From an uncultured archaeon (GTDB taxonomy: Archaea; Iainarchaeota; Iainarchaeia; Iainarchaeales; 0-14-0-20-30-16): 6,398 nt of DNA. Shown here one piece after another: positions 5,916 through 6,398 of this stretch. Location: NCBI GenBank assembly GCA_964565125.1, contig CAZMCX010000003.1:18753-25150 (forward strand), read 5' to 3'. The notes beneath the pieces are model-generated. The model was given only the letters and a program-made list of their open reading frames with translations. It did not search any database and had not been told where the DNA came from. Position 1 is the stretch's first letter, and each line of letters begins with the position of its first letter. A program made the position numbers and the translations under genes.

Positions 5916-6391
5916 ACCTTTACTTTTTCAATATCTCTAACACACATCCAAGCACAGGCATTTCCAAATCCAGCCTTGTTTATCTCAAAAGGAGTTATTT
6001 CTTTAGGATTTTTCAAAAAAATTAGAATACAATACTTTCTTTCCTTTGCCCAGTTATAAACTTCGTCAATAGGGGAAACAAAATCTACATCTTTCCCATA
6101 TTTATCTAGTATTTCTTTTAGTTCTTTTTCTGTATAGTTTGCAAAACTTAGAACCTTTTCAACTTCTGCCTTAATCCTTACTAAATCTCCAGAATCTTTA
6201 AAGTATACAATATCTCCTGCTTGTATTCTTCCCCAAGGTGGGTACCGTGCCATATACCACCTACTTTCTATCTTCTTTTTTCCAGAAAGAATTTTCGGCA
6301 GCAATTTCCAATCTTTTCTCAGTATTGCAATATGATCCATAACATTACCTTGGTCTCCGGTGCAATCTAGCCATTTCTGTTCTGCAATCAT
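5912..6391 (-). CDS. ASCH / PUA-like domain protein
   Basis: ILSGKKKIESRWYMARYPPWGRIQAGDIVYFKDSGDLVRIKAEVEKV fits the ASCH pattern (il.G.Kt.E.R ... GD.v.f ... v.a.v..V). An internal ATG at 6340..6338 (MDHIAIL...), preceded by AGGTAA, is an alternative start. The frame is still open at the window edge (6392-6398), so the 5' end is not secure. Stop is TAG at 5912-5914. Confidence 0.6.
   Translation of the reverse strand: MIAEQKWLDCTGDQGNVMDHIAILRKDWKLLPKILSGKKKIESRWYMARYPPWGRIQAGDIVYFKDSGDLVRIKAEVEKVLSFANYTEKELKEILDKYGKDVDFVSPIDEVYNWAKERKYCILIFLKNPKEITPFEINKAGFGNACAWMCVRDIEKVKV
5924..5928 (+). terminator. Candidate oligo-T archaeal termination signal for the plus-strand transcript
   Basis: A T5 run lies 9 nt after the TAA stop, inside the C-terminal codons of the convergent gene. 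Archaeal RNAP terminates at oligo-T tracts. The only support is position. Confidence 0.25.
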
Positions 6392-6398
6392 GACAAAA

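Noticed and set aside
1-6398. CRISPR arrays, IS or transposase genes, integrases, toxin-antitoxin or known defence-system genes
   Set aside because: There are no spaced direct repeats and no ORF with recognisable transposase, integrase, nuclease or ATPase motifs. All long ORFs are accounted for by the features listed.

Overview
AT-rich window, roughly one third GC by eye, from an archaeon. The ribosomal proteins are archaeal/eukaryotic-type. The low GC, compact spacing and GGTG/GTGAT Shine-Dalgarno-like motifs suggest a small-genome lineage such as DPANN, but that is inference only. Minus strand 1-3531 holds the start of the conserved r-protein cluster in canonical archaeal order: uL3, uL4, uL23, uL2, uS19, then probably the first 10 codons of uL22 at the window edge. 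A 178-nt AT-rich divergent promoter region (3532-3709) separates it from a plus-strand pair: an unrecognised protein (ATG 4010, stop 4537) and, 4 nt later, a 457-aa cysteine-rich lipobox protein with an HExxH...E metallopeptidase-like motif (4542-5915). An ASCH/PUA-like protein (5912-6391, minus) converges on it with overlapping stop codons. Two things are not explained by a plain gene list. (1) The uS19-uL22 junction is 170 nt instead of the 13-79 nt seen at the other junctions. It contains a second complete SD+ATG context, an 18-codon mini-ORF, and three hairpins (one a 40-nt imperfect palindrome) enclosed by a 7-bp long-range helix. (2) The frame of the 4010 ORF stays open for 77 further codons upstream with coding-like codon-position composition. 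It has no ATG/GTG/TTG there, and is separated by a single in-frame TAA from a 22-codon segment whose ATG (3710) sits at leaderless distance from a good archaeal TATA box. I found no CRISPR array, IS element, tRNA or rRNA. All homology statements come from my recognition of the translated sequences, not from database searches.
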